Positions 28,977 through 38,726 of a stretch of DNA of 64,000 nt are shown here, piece by piece. The DNA comes from Nanobdellota archaeon (GTDB lineage Archaea > Nanobdellota > Nanobdellia > Woesearchaeales > UBA583), in the NCBI GenBank assembly GCA_048625195.1, contig JBMCRE010000001.1:5396-69395 (forward strand), written 5' to 3'. A program made the translations under genes and the position numbers. How positions within the stretch are numbered: the first letter of the stretch is position 1; each line of letters opens with the position of its first letter. The notes below the pieces were generated by a model. The model searched no databases and was not told the DNA's origin. It saw only the letters and a program-made list of their open reading frames with translations.

Positions 28977-29229
28977 TTTTTTTAGATTAATATAGTAAGT
29001 ATAAATTTGTTTTGTTTTAAAAAGATTACTATGTTTAATTGGTTGTACAATCAGATGTCATATATTACTAGTCTAAAAAAAATATTTAATTTGTTTAATT
29101 TTAATTGATATTTTATTAAAAATTTAAATAAAGAATTGTTTTAAAAAGCTTAAATAAAATAAATTAAAAAATTAACTTTTTTAAAATTAATACAAATATA
29201 TATATATATATTATTTCTGTTTTAGATTA

Positions 29230-29640
29230 ATGGAGTTTGAATTATTAAATCTTAAGAGCGAATTCTTAAGAGAATTAATTAATGAAATCCAAAGAGTTGA
29301 GATTACTCTATGGGATTGTTTGAAATATAACAATAAAAAAGAAATTCCTAATAAATTAGATTATATGCAAAAGTTAATATTAGATTCTTTAAAAATATTA
29401 AATGAAAGTTCAGTGGAAGTTGCACTTTTTTATTTAGGAAAAACTCAAAATGCATGTTTAATTGAAAAAGAATTAAAGAAATTATATATTATTATAGAAA
29501 AACAAAAAGAAAGTTTAACAGAAATAGAAAACATACCAGAAAATAAAATAATTTTAATATTAGATGCAAATAAATCTAACCCTATGGAATTTTCACAAAG
29601 TTCACAAAAAATTAGTTATATGTTAAGTTTATTTGAATAA
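29230..29640 (+). CDS. Hypothetical helical protein
   Basis: 136-aa ORF with normal composition; no motif recognised. Confidence 0.6.
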   Translation: MEFELLNLKSEFLRELINEIQRVEITLWDCLKYNNKKEIPNKLDYMQKLILDSLKILNESSVEVALFYLGKTQNACLIEKELKKLYIIIEKQKESLTEIENIPENKIILILDANKSNPMEFSQSSQKISYMLSLFE

Positions 29641-29727
29641 TGCATTATTATTTTAAAATCGTCATTCCTTTTTATTATTGAACAATAATAATAAAAGATT
29701 ATATATAAAAAATTATAAGTATAAAAT

Positions 29728-30333
29728 ATGTATATAGGTAATTCAATAATAGATGGTTTAAAAATCTTAGGTTTCGATAAAGAAACCATAAAAAAGGTAT
29801 CAAGAGAAAAAAGTTTAGAAGAGATATTCCTAAGTACTCTGTTTCTAAATTATATCATAGTTTTAGTAATTTTTATGATAACTGTGATTTTAGGAGGTAA
29901 TATTCAATTAAACAATAAAGATTTAAATATGTCTGTTTTTTTTGGACTTTTAATGATATATCCTTTCGCATATAATGTGATTATATATATGGTATATGGC
30001 TTGTTTGGTTTTATGTCAGAACTATTAAATTCCACAAAAAAAATTAAACCTTTAGTTTCAGTTGGTTTTCATACTGCAATAGTGTATACTTTAGTTTTTT
30101 ATATTATAGGTTTAATTACAACATTTGATTATGTATATGGGTTGTTTTTATTTGCATTGTTTGTAGTATATTTCTTATTGACAATGTTTTTGTCTTTAAT
30201 GACAATCTATAATTTTTCTACTCAACAAGCATTAATGGTTTTAATTATACCACTTTTAATATGTGTAGGAGCATTGTTGTTATTAATAATGTTTGTTGAT
30301 TTGAAAACAATAATTAGTTTTTTTTTAACATAA
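29728..30333 (+). CDS. Multi-pass membrane protein (Yip1-like topology)
   Basis: About five hydrophobic helices in a Yip1-like arrangement. Confidence 0.55.
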   Translation: MYIGNSIIDGLKILGFDKETIKKVSREKSLEEIFLSTLFLNYIIVLVIFMITVILGGNIQLNNKDLNMSVFFGLLMIYPFAYNVIIYMVYGLFGFMSELLNSTKKIKPLVSVGFHTAIVYTLVFYIIGLITTFDYVYGLFLFALFVVYFLLTMFLSLMTIYNFSTQQALMVLIIPLLICVGALLLLIMFVDLKTIISFFLT

Positions 30334-30356
30334 AAACTTAATATATTTTTTGAAAA

Positions 30357-31169
30357 TTATTTATGGAGATTTAAATATTCTTCTTCCATATCATGTAAAT
30401 CACCTGGAATTATAATACAAATTGGTTCTTTGAAATTTTTATGTTTATCTATTTTAATTAATCCCTCAATATTATCATATAAAATTTCTTCATCTTGAAA
30501 GCCTAATCTTGAACAAATAATAGCAGAAGTATCTTTGTTGATGATTTGTGCATCTTTTTCTTCGATTTCTTCGTTTTCTAACATAATTTTTGGGATTTTT
30601 AAAAGAAATTCTAAAGCATCACTTGCTTTTAAATATTTTTGGTTAGATTTATATGAAATATCATTTGAAGGATTTAGGTCTAATAAAAATAATGAATGTG
30701 CACCTGTCTTAAAATTATCATAAAAAGTTAAAAATGGGGTTCGAGGCATAAATTTTTCGCTAAAAAATGGAATAGATGTAATCTTTCCAAATTTATAAAA
30801 TTGTAATCCTGTTTTTCCAATAAAGTTTGCAATTGACACATTATGATAAATTTTTGACTTAACATTCATTTTTTCTGCTCTTAAGAGTAAATCAGTATGT
30901 GTTGTTGCAATAAGAGGATCACCGATAACTAATAGAGAGATATCTTCTTTTTTTGAGGGATTTAATATTTCATCTTCTATTTTTGTTTCAATTAAATCTC
31001 TATTTGATATTATAATTTTTTTATTTAGATATGTTTCTAATTCTTCTATGGGAGTTTCATAAAAACATGTGTAATATTCTAAATAAACCTTTGAACTATT
31101 TTTTATAACATCAAGCATTTCTGTGTTAATGTGTTCTTTTTTTGTTCCTATACCTATTAAATGTAACAT
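30357..31169 (-). CDS. dph5: Diphthine synthase
   Basis: MLHLIGIG, VYLEYYT, LVIGDPLIATTHTDL, GLQFYKFGKITSIP, HSLFLLDL, IIPGDLHDME. Confidence 0.95.
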   Translation of the reverse strand: MLHLIGIGTKKEHINTEMLDVIKNSSKVYLEYYTCFYETPIEELETYLNKKIIISNRDLIETKIEDEILNPSKKEDISLLVIGDPLIATTHTDLLLRAEKMNVKSKIYHNVSIANFIGKTGLQFYKFGKITSIPFFSEKFMPRTPFLTFYDNFKTGAHSLFLLDLNPSNDISYKSNQKYLKASDALEFLLKIPKIMLENEEIEEKDAQIINKDTSAIICSRLGFQDEEILYDNIEGLIKIDKHKNFKEPICIIIPGDLHDMEEEYLNLHK

Positions 31170-31267
31170 ATAATTTAAAGATTACAATATATTTATAAGT
31201 TTTATTTATTAGTAATAAATTAAAAAAAATTAATAAATTTGAAATTTGTAATATATATAATTATTTT

Positions 31268-33265
31268 TTAATTAAATATTGGATCATAACTCTTATCTTT
31301 TTTAGCTAAGTTTTGAACATATTCAAAAAAGTCTAAATAATCATCTTCTTGTATTTGATAAATAGAACCAGGAATAACAAATTGTACTTTGTTTCCTAAA
31401 TTAACATTAGGAGTCCAGTTTTCTTTTTCATAAAATCCTCTTAATTCATTATTTGAGTCCATATAAAAAATACTTAAATTATATTTAACATTGTTTAAAT
31501 CTAAAAATTCTAATTTATCCATAAATCCTTCATCTGTTGGCCAGAATACTGTACTTTCAAAATCATGTTTTTTATTTTCTAAAGTTAAGTAAATAGAACC
31601 ATCTGACTTATCTAATACTCGTTTTCCTGAACCTGTTTCTCTATATTTTATTAAAAAAGTGCTTGCACTAACTTGAAATGTTTTTTTAGGAATTAATTGT
31701 AATTCTATGTCGTTATCTCCATAAAACACTTCTCTTCCCAGCAAACTATCATCAGTATCTATTCTTTTTTCTGTTGTATGATAACCACTTTTTTGAGCAA
31801 TAATTTGTCCTTGAGTACAATAAGGAAAGTTAGTTTGTAATCTTGCATGGGATTGATAATTAGGTTTTTTAATAGTTCCCATATCACATTTTACATTAAT
31901 ACATTTATAACTTATGTTAACATTTGATAAATAATTATCATTAGTGTCTCTTGCAGTTACATATAAAGGATATTTTTTACTTTGATTTGAACAATAATTA
32001 TCTTGATTAAATGTTGAAGGTTCAGGTAATAATATATTTTTTCCTGTATCTTTGGGTTCATTATTTTTAATTTTGACTCTTAGAGGAAATTGAAAAAAGT
32101 ATTGATTTCCATTTTCATTATAATCTGTTAATTTAATAATTAAATCATAATCCATCTCGTATAGATGATGATATACTTGAATACAAGGAATTGGAATCTG
32201 TGTTCCTAAATCTACCTCCATCAACATTGATTTTACTATGTTCCCTGAACTAGGAGTAACTTCAAAGGTTCTAAAAGAATCCCTTTGAAAAAAACCATCT
32301 CTATTATTTACTTGAGTTGATGGTAATAAAACATTTACATCATAATTTTCAAAAGTTTTTTTTGGATTAATTAAAGGAAATGTATAGAAGTTATCATAAT
32401 ATGCTCTACCTTCCTTACTAGTATATTCATCATTAAAAGTTAAATCATATAGCTCTTTTTTTGGATAAGTTCCTATAAATTGCAAATATTTGAAATTATT
32501 ATTATTTAGATTTATAACATTGTTTTTTATTTGAGGAACAGTCCATATCCTTCTTCCACAACTAAATGTCATTCCTTCTGTTGGAACAGAGTCTTGTGAA
32601 GAATAATCATTTGCACTTCTAATTTGATCTAAAGTTAATTCTTCAAATAAATATGTTTGAGATTCTAAATTGTATATCTCAACTGCAAGTTTGTATAAGT
32701 CTCCTAATCTTAAGTTTGGAATATTTATATTAAATTCTGAAACAGTAATAAAATTTTCATCTTTATATTCTTTTATTTTTATAGGATAATTAGTCTCTAT
32801 CATAACATTGTGATCGTTGATTGAGGTATCTACAAAAAAATCACCATCATGTGTTATCATATAAAATTCTTCTAAAGTTTTTAAGTTATGAGTAATACAG
32901 CTTAAGCTTTCTGAGGTTATATATTCTTCTAATTCATTTTCCATAAAAGCAATAGTTGGGATATCACCTCTTTGAGTATCCCAGTTAGGAATTTTAAAAC
33001 CAAAATCTGTATGTGCACGAGGATCTTTATCTATAAATATGGGTATATTAATATAACCACCTTGTGTACCTAATAAGAAAAGCCCCCTTTGAGATGCAGA
33101 CTCTATACAGTCTTCTACAATTTGAGAAACTTCATTTTTCATTTTATCATCTTTAGATTGCCATAATGAAAAATCATCTGTCATAAAAAAGAACATTGTA
33201 ATAATAATTAACACTATTCCTATAATTATAAAAATACTAATTTGGTTTTTTTGATTTTTTAACAT
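31268..33265 (-). CDS. Large exported protein with class III-like signal peptide
   Basis: QKN|QISIFIIIGIVLIII; VEDCI...LGTQGGY; paired Cys; carboxypeptidase-regulatory-like beta segment (AQKSGYH). Confidence 0.65.
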   Translation of the reverse strand: MLKNQKNQISIFIIIGIVLIIITMFFFMTDDFSLWQSKDDKMKNEVSQIVEDCIESASQRGLFLLGTQGGYINIPIFIDKDPRAHTDFGFKIPNWDTQRGDIPTIAFMENELEEYITSESLSCITHNLKTLEEFYMITHDGDFFVDTSINDHNVMIETNYPIKIKEYKDENFITVSEFNINIPNLRLGDLYKLAVEIYNLESQTYLFEELTLDQIRSANDYSSQDSVPTEGMTFSCGRRIWTVPQIKNNVINLNNNNFKYLQFIGTYPKKELYDLTFNDEYTSKEGRAYYDNFYTFPLINPKKTFENYDVNVLLPSTQVNNRDGFFQRDSFRTFEVTPSSGNIVKSMLMEVDLGTQIPIPCIQVYHHLYEMDYDLIIKLTDYNENGNQYFFQFPLRVKIKNNEPKDTGKNILLPEPSTFNQDNYCSNQSKKYPLYVTARDTNDNYLSNVNISYKCINVKCDMGTIKKPNYQSHARLQTNFPYCTQGQIIAQKSGYHTTEKRIDTDDSLLGREVFYGDNDIELQLIPKKTFQVSASTFLIKYRETGSGKRVLDKSDGSIYLTLENKKHDFESTVFWPTDEGFMDKLEFLDLNNVKYNLSIFYMDSNNELRGFYEKENWTPNVNLGNKVQFVIPGSIYQIQEDDYLDFFEYVQNLAKKDKSYDPIFN

Positions 33266-33660
33266 TTCATTAACCTCAATGAATTTATTTGTACTGACTT
33301 ACCATAACATAAAAATTTATTACCTTGCAAATCTTGATAATAAGGATATAAGACGAATTTAGGGTTATCATTAACGCTGAAACTCATACCATCTGTTTTA
33401 GTTGCAGGAATACTAAAAAGTTTATTATTCTCGATGTTAGTTTGAAAGCTCATTACACTATTTCCCTTATTTCTTATTTCAATATATACTGAATTATCTC
33501 TTAAACAATTTTTTGTTACTTCAAAATCATAATCTTTACAATTAGGATGATCTTCTTTGAAAAATGTTGCTAATGTACTTAAAATTAAAGTTGTCATTAA
33601 TAAAGATATAATAACAATAATAACAAAATATGTAGCTAAGGCTTTCTTGTTTGTTTTCAT
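33259..33660 (-). CDS. Small pilin-like protein with class III signal peptide
   Basis: MKTNKKA|LATYFVIIVIISLL; IRNKGN; four Cys; overlaps the downstream gene. Confidence 0.65.
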   Translation of the reverse strand: MKTNKKALATYFVIIVIISLLMTTLILSTLATFFKEDHPNCKDYDFEVTKNCLRDNSVYIEIRNKGNSVMSFQTNIENNKLFSIPATKTDGMSFSVNDNPKFVLYPYYQDLQGNKFLCYGKSVQINSLRLMKC

Positions 33661-33825
33661 AAAATTAAAATCAAACTAATATTTTATAAATATATGTATT
33701 TTTCAAGGAGTAATAATATTTTTAATTGTTAAAATTTTAATAGTTTATTTATATTGTATCTTGTTTTTATATACACTATCTTGAAACTACAAAATTTTAT
33801 AAATGTTAAATAATAAAAATAAAAT

Positions 33826-34437
33826 ATGTTTGAAATTGAATTATTAGATTTGATAAATAAAGCCAAGAAGACACAAGATAATTATGAACTTAACAATATT
33901 AAAGATTCTATATCTAATTTAATTTTTCAAAATAATGATGAGTTTAATAAATTTATTTCTAAGAATGATATTGATATGCAAACACAAGAATTTTTAAAAT
34001 CTTGTATAAAAAAAACATATAAAAATGATGAAAATAAATTTAGTGATTCAAAAAGTGATTTAGATAATATTAAAAATTATTATATGAGTTGGTTAGAGCA
34101 TTATAATAAAAATAATAATGTAGTTGATGATAATTGTAATATGGTAATTGATGAAATAATAAATTTTTATGTTTTGAATCGTTTTAATGTCATTTTAAGT
34201 ATCTTGAAAATCGTTGAAACACAAGATTATGAAGCTTTTAAATGGCATTTAAAAAATAAATTGAGATTATATTTTTCCAATCAAATAAGAAACTATATTA
34301 AATCTAGTAATTATCAAAATTTGAATTTTTTTAAAAAAATTAGGAAAAAAAATGCAATACATTATTTAATTTCTGCTATTAGTAAATATGAATTTGATAT
34401 TAAATTAATTAATGAGGTATTAGAAAATGAGTATTGA
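33826..34437 (+). CDS. Hypothetical helical protein
   Basis: 203-aa ORF with TATA box 22 nt upstream; overlaps the next gene. Confidence 0.65.
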   Translation: MFEIELLDLINKAKKTQDNYELNNIKDSISNLIFQNNDEFNKFISKNDIDMQTQEFLKSCIKKTYKNDENKFSDSKSDLDNIKNYYMSWLEHYNKNNNVVDDNCNMVIDEIINFYVLNRFNVILSILKIVETQDYEAFKWHLKNKLRLYFSNQIRNYIKSSNYQNLNFFKKIRKKNAIHYLISAISKYEFDIKLINEVLENEY

Positions 34438-36070
34438 AAATAAAATTAGTAGTATGGAAAAAAAATTAAATAAAATTGATGAACATTCTAGTACAAGACC
34501 TGTTAGTAAAAATGAACCTGTTGAGGCAACTAGTGGTTTTTTTAAAGTAATAGAATTAATTTTATATCCTTTTCTTTTGTTTTATATTTTTTTAAAAGTA
34601 GGATTTATAGGAGTAGACTGGATTGGTTCTTTAATTGCTAATAGTTTATCTTTTTTACAAGTTAAAAGTGTTTTTGGTATCTTTTCTGGAGATTTTTATT
34701 TAGGAATGATTGTTTTGGTTATATTATTTTTTATTTATTTCAATATTTTTGCTTTGTTTCCTTTAACATATTTTTTGACTATAAGAAGTGAACCTTTAGA
34801 TAAAATATATAAACAAATAAAAGTTGAGTTAATTATTGTTGTTTGTTTAATGATTCCTTTATTTCTTGCAATGTCTTATGGTTTAGTAATAGGTGATGAT
34901 GGAAGTATGAAAGAAGATACTAGAAAATTTAATATTAATCTTAATGAAAAAATTGAAAATTTAAAAAGTGGTCCTTTATGTTATTTATTTAATAGTCCTA
35001 TTGACTGTATGCAAAACCAAGAAACGACTACTGCTAAAAAAACAACAAGAGCAGAGTATAATGTTTATTTTAAAACTCCAGATTATAACTATGTTCAAAA
35101 TTTAGAGAAATTTAAACAAAGACCATATTATTTAAATTATGAGATTAAAGCAAAGGGAAGTCCTTTATATTTAGATAAAATTGAGTGTTATGCAAATAGG
35201 GTAGATGATAAAAACTTGCTGTATAGAGAATCTTTAGAAAATAGAAAAATTGAGACTAATCAACGTTTACCTGTAAGTGATATAAAATGTGATTTAAATG
35301 AATTAACTATTGATGGTAAAATTGATGAAGACTTTAAATTAATTACATTGTTATATTATGAAATTGAAAGTCAATATACTCAATCTTTTTATGTTTATAA
35401 TGTTGATAAATATATTGAAACTAATTATGGTAACAGTGATGGGTTAAATATAATTGATATTGAAGAAGAAATAAGGAAAAAACTTAATATTGAAAGTCCT
35501 ATTAAATCAAATAATTATTTTGATTTAAAAGTTTATACTTCTCCTAAATTACCTTTTTTTGTTGGAAAAGATTATGATGATAATAATATATATATGAGTT
35601 TTACTTTTACTAAGGATAGTGTTTATGATAAAGTATTAAATAATACTTTAATAAATTACTCTTTACCTAACTTTGTTGAAATGAATTGTGATGATACAAA
35701 TTGCAATGAGAACATTGAAAATCTTATTACATCATATAATGAGGAGTCTAATATAGAGTTAAATCTACTCTTGAAAGATAATATAATTGAACGAGAAGCA
35801 TTATCAGATAAAATTAATTTTAATATTAAAAGTAATTTAGTGAAAAAAAATGTTATTTCTTTAGTAATTAATAATCCTGATTATGTCGAAGAAGAAGAAA
35901 ACAATAAAAGTGATGTTAATCTCAACATTAATGATTTTGAAAATGAAAATATTTCTGATGAAAGCGATAATAACTTAGAAGTAGATGAGAAGGATGACAA
36001 TATTGTTACCAATCAAGAAAATAATAATGATTCACAATACTTTCAAGAAGATGATTTTAGAGGAAGGTGA
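34427..36070 (+). CDS. Membrane-anchored protein (about 3 TM, large extracellular domain, acidic tail)
   Basis: N-terminal TM helices, Cys pairs, D/E/N-rich C-terminus; GAGGT upstream of the start. Confidence 0.65.
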   Translation: MSIENKISSMEKKLNKIDEHSSTRPVSKNEPVEATSGFFKVIELILYPFLLFYIFLKVGFIGVDWIGSLIANSLSFLQVKSVFGIFSGDFYLGMIVLVILFFIYFNIFALFPLTYFLTIRSEPLDKIYKQIKVELIIVVCLMIPLFLAMSYGLVIGDDGSMKEDTRKFNINLNEKIENLKSGPLCYLFNSPIDCMQNQETTTAKKTTRAEYNVYFKTPDYNYVQNLEKFKQRPYYLNYEIKAKGSPLYLDKIECYANRVDDKNLLYRESLENRKIETNQRLPVSDIKCDLNELTIDGKIDEDFKLITLLYYEIESQYTQSFYVYNVDKYIETNYGNSDGLNIIDIEEEIRKKLNIESPIKSNNYFDLKVYTSPKLPFFVGKDYDDNNIYMSFTFTKDSVYDKVLNNTLINYSLPNFVEMNCDDTNCNENIENLITSYNEESNIELNLLLKDNIIEREALSDKINFNIKSNLVKKNVISLVINNPDYVEEEENNKSDVNLNINDFENENISDESDNNLEVDEKDDNIVTNQENNNDSQYFQEDDFRGR

Positions 36071-36176
36071 ATATAATTAATTTGTAAAATGTTAAATAAT
36101 CAACGAGTTTAAAAATATAAGTAAAGTTTTTAAAAGAATTAATATCTTTTTTACTAATAGTAAAATTATTTTTTTA

Positions 36177-36257
36177 GTGGGGTTTGCTAAGTGGTCAAAG
36201 GCGCTCGGCTCAAGACCGAGTCCGAAAGGTTCAAGGGTTCGAATCCCTTACCCCACA
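36177..36257 (+). tRNA. tRNA-Leu(CAA)
   Basis: Acceptor GTGGGGT/ACCCCAC with discriminator A; anticodon arm CTCGG-CTCAAGA-CCGAG; T arm AAGGG-TTCGAAT-CCCTT; short variable arm CC-GAAA-GG; CCA not encoded. Confidence 0.95.
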
Positions 36258-36430
36258 CTATATGTGTATAAAAAATTCTTAAATAGTCAAAAACTATGTT
36301 TGTTGATACCTTTTTTGTTTACAAAAAAGAAGTTAATTACCCCAAATATATTTATTGAATTATATATGTTATATGTGTGTAGCATTTAAATACATAAGTT
36401 TTATTAATGTGTGTATAATATCTTTATTAA

Positions 36431-36733
36431 ATGCAAAAAAATAACAAATATGATTTATCTTTTAAAAAAAAAGTAGAATTTAATATTTTATTTGAGTCTT
36501 TAATTGGAAAAGAAATAGAGATTATCGATTCAACTAATAAAAATTTAATAGGAATAAAAGGTATATTGATTTATGAAAGTTTTAATTTGCTTTATGTAGA
36601 CACTAATGGAATTGTGAAGAAAATACTAAAAAATGTTGTTGTATTAAAAATTAAATATGAAAATCAATATCTTAAGGTAAATGGGGAAGTTTTAAAAGGA
36701 ACTTTGATCACGAGGTTAAAAAAGATAAAATAA
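36431..36733 (+). CDS. rnp1: Ribonuclease P protein subunit Rpp29/POP4
   Basis: LIGKEIEIIDSTNKNLIGIKGILIYES.N, VNGEVLKG...RLKK. Confidence 0.85.
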   Translation: MQKNNKYDLSFKKKVEFNILFESLIGKEIEIIDSTNKNLIGIKGILIYESFNLLYVDTNGIVKKILKNVVVLKIKYENQYLKVNGEVLKGTLITRLKKIK

Positions 36734-36834
36734 AGTTATAATTGCACTTAATCATAACATTTTTAAATATATATTTCTTAAGTATATAGTTATATAATTT
36801 GAAATTCTATAAAAATTATGCAAATGGTATTAAA

Positions 36835-37347
36835 ATGGAAAGAACAGATAAGACAAATTCAATTTTAAGACAGTTTAAGAAAAAAAGTAAAAGAGTCATA
36901 AATAAAGATTTTTTTACAGAATTTTTTTATTTAAATCGGCATCGAAGAGCAATAGAGTTTCTTTTTAATCAAGATGAGTTGATTTTAGAAGAATTTTTAA
37001 AAAAATTTTTGCCTTTAGAATTTCAAGATTTTGTTGAATTAAAATTATTAAATGATTCTGAAGAAGAAATTAGAACATGGTATTATGATAATGAAAATCT
37101 TGTTTTGGTATTAAAAATTAATTGGGGATTTAGAAAAGAAGAAATTTCGATAGATGTAGATATTGAAAATTTTTGTGTTACATCAATTAATGAAGAAGGA
37201 TTTGTATTTAAACAAATTGATTACTATTTATTAAATGAATTTATTATTAGTTTTATAACAAATCAGGCAAATAATTTGTCGAAAACTTTTGAAAATATTG
37301 TAGATAATAAAAAGAAACAAAATATTGATTCTAAATCTCAAAAATAA
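36835..37347 (+). CDS. Hypothetical protein
   Basis: Open ORF; first ATG at 36835 (the track starts at TTG 36799). Confidence 0.55.
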   Translation: MERTDKTNSILRQFKKKSKRVINKDFFTEFFYLNRHRRAIEFLFNQDELILEEFLKKFLPLEFQDFVELKLLNDSEEEIRTWYYDNENLVLVLKINWGFRKEEISIDVDIENFCVTSINEEGFVFKQIDYYLLNEFIISFITNQANNLSKTFENIVDNKKKQNIDSKSQK

Positions 37348-37454
37348 ATAGTTAAAAATATTTCTTTGTTAAGAGTAATAATAAAATAATATATGTCTAT
37401 AATATATTTATCATAATAAAATAGTTGTTGGTTTTAAATTTGATTTTTTGTTAT

Positions 37455-38591
37455 TTAAAGATTTATAACTATTTCATTATTTTTATAATCTAATTTTGCT
37501 ATTAATTTAGATAGTTGTGGATTATTTTTGATAGTTTGTTGTACATCTTCCCATCCTTTTTCTTTTCCTGCTTTGTTTATAGATTTTAACAAGTCATCAA
37601 TTGTTGAATAGTTCTTATAAATTTTTTCTCCTATTTCTTTGTATTTTTCATAATCTTGTAATATTTGTTTTTTTTGTTCTTTTTGAGTTTCTAATCTGTG
37701 TTGTAACCTTTCAAGTTCTTTATGTAAATTTTCTTCGTATTTATCTTTTTTTATTTGGAATTGTTTGTAATAATTTTTAATAGTTTCATTAAAATTAGAT
37801 TTCTTTTTTTGTTCTAGATTTATACTATTAAATTTGAAGGGTAAGAAATCATAAATTTTATTATCTTTATATACTTGATAAGCAGTTATTTTTTTGTTTT
37901 TAATATCACTTAAAGTTTTACAAATATTTTGTATTTCTTTTGTGTCTAATTTGATTATTTCTTTATTTTTATCTATATTTGAAAGGTTACACACTTCTTC
38001 GGCATATTTTCCTCCCATTCCAAATTTAATTGCTAAAAATTTTACAAGGTTTAAATCTGAAGTTGAAATCTCTTCTCTTAATATTTTAGTATTTATATTA
38101 TGAATGTTTAATTTTTTTTGCGGTGGAAGTTCATATACATTATTTACCATTAAAGCTCTATCTTTAAATTTTTTCTTATATAATGAATTTTTTATGTTAA
38201 AGTTTTCATCACAAATAATTATATTGCCATTTGCAAATAATTCCATAATTAAATAAAAAGATTCTATTTTTTCATCTTGATTTTTTTTGTCTATTTTAAA
38301 TGTTAAAATTCTTTCACCTTCTATTTGTTTTATTTCTCTTATATATCCATTCTTTAAATGCTTTCTTAAAAATATTATAAAATTAGGAGGAAATGAACCA
38401 TCAGTTTTTTTATTTCCAATATAGATGTATTTTGATACTTTATTTGTTAAAAATATATTTCCAAGAGTTTTTATGTAAATTTTGAGGTAAAATGTATCAT
38501 CTTCAAAATAAAAATTATCTATTCTTTGATTCTCTAATATTTGTAATTCTTTTGTTAAAAAGTATAAATCCATTGAAGATATTTGTTTCAT
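37455..38591 (-). CDS. NFACT/Rqc2 (RqcH-like) N-terminal protein lacking the NFACT-R domain
   Basis: ISSMDLYFL..EL, PPNFIIFLRKHL, QIEGERIL, IMELFANGNIII, GMGGKYAEEVC, then a coiled coil. Confidence 0.85.
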   Translation of the reverse strand: MKQISSMDLYFLTKELQILENQRIDNFYFEDDTFYLKIYIKTLGNIFLTNKVSKYIYIGNKKTDGSFPPNFIIFLRKHLKNGYIREIKQIEGERILTFKIDKKNQDEKIESFYLIMELFANGNIIICDENFNIKNSLYKKKFKDRALMVNNVYELPPQKKLNIHNINTKILREEISTSDLNLVKFLAIKFGMGGKYAEEVCNLSNIDKNKEIIKLDTKEIQNICKTLSDIKNKKITAYQVYKDNKIYDFLPFKFNSINLEQKKKSNFNETIKNYYKQFQIKKDKYEENLHKELERLQHRLETQKEQKKQILQDYEKYKEIGEKIYKNYSTIDDLLKSINKAGKEKGWEDVQQTIKNNPQLSKLIAKLDYKNNEIVINL

Positions 38592-38726
38592 AAATATTAA
38601 AGTATAATTAAATTTATAATATTTTGTTTTAAGTTTGGTTAAATAAAATTATTTATAATGTTGTATTTATAAAAATAAAAAACTTTTTAATAAAAGGATA
38701 ATATTATATATAATATTTAAATTAAA

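Noticed and set aside
36177..36389. 70-aa ORF in the track
   Set aside because: It overlaps the tRNA-Leu cloverleaf; spurious.
36257..37347. Integrated element at the tRNA-Leu 3' end
   Set aside because: No integrase, no duplicated tRNA 3' end seen, and housekeeping genes follow directly.
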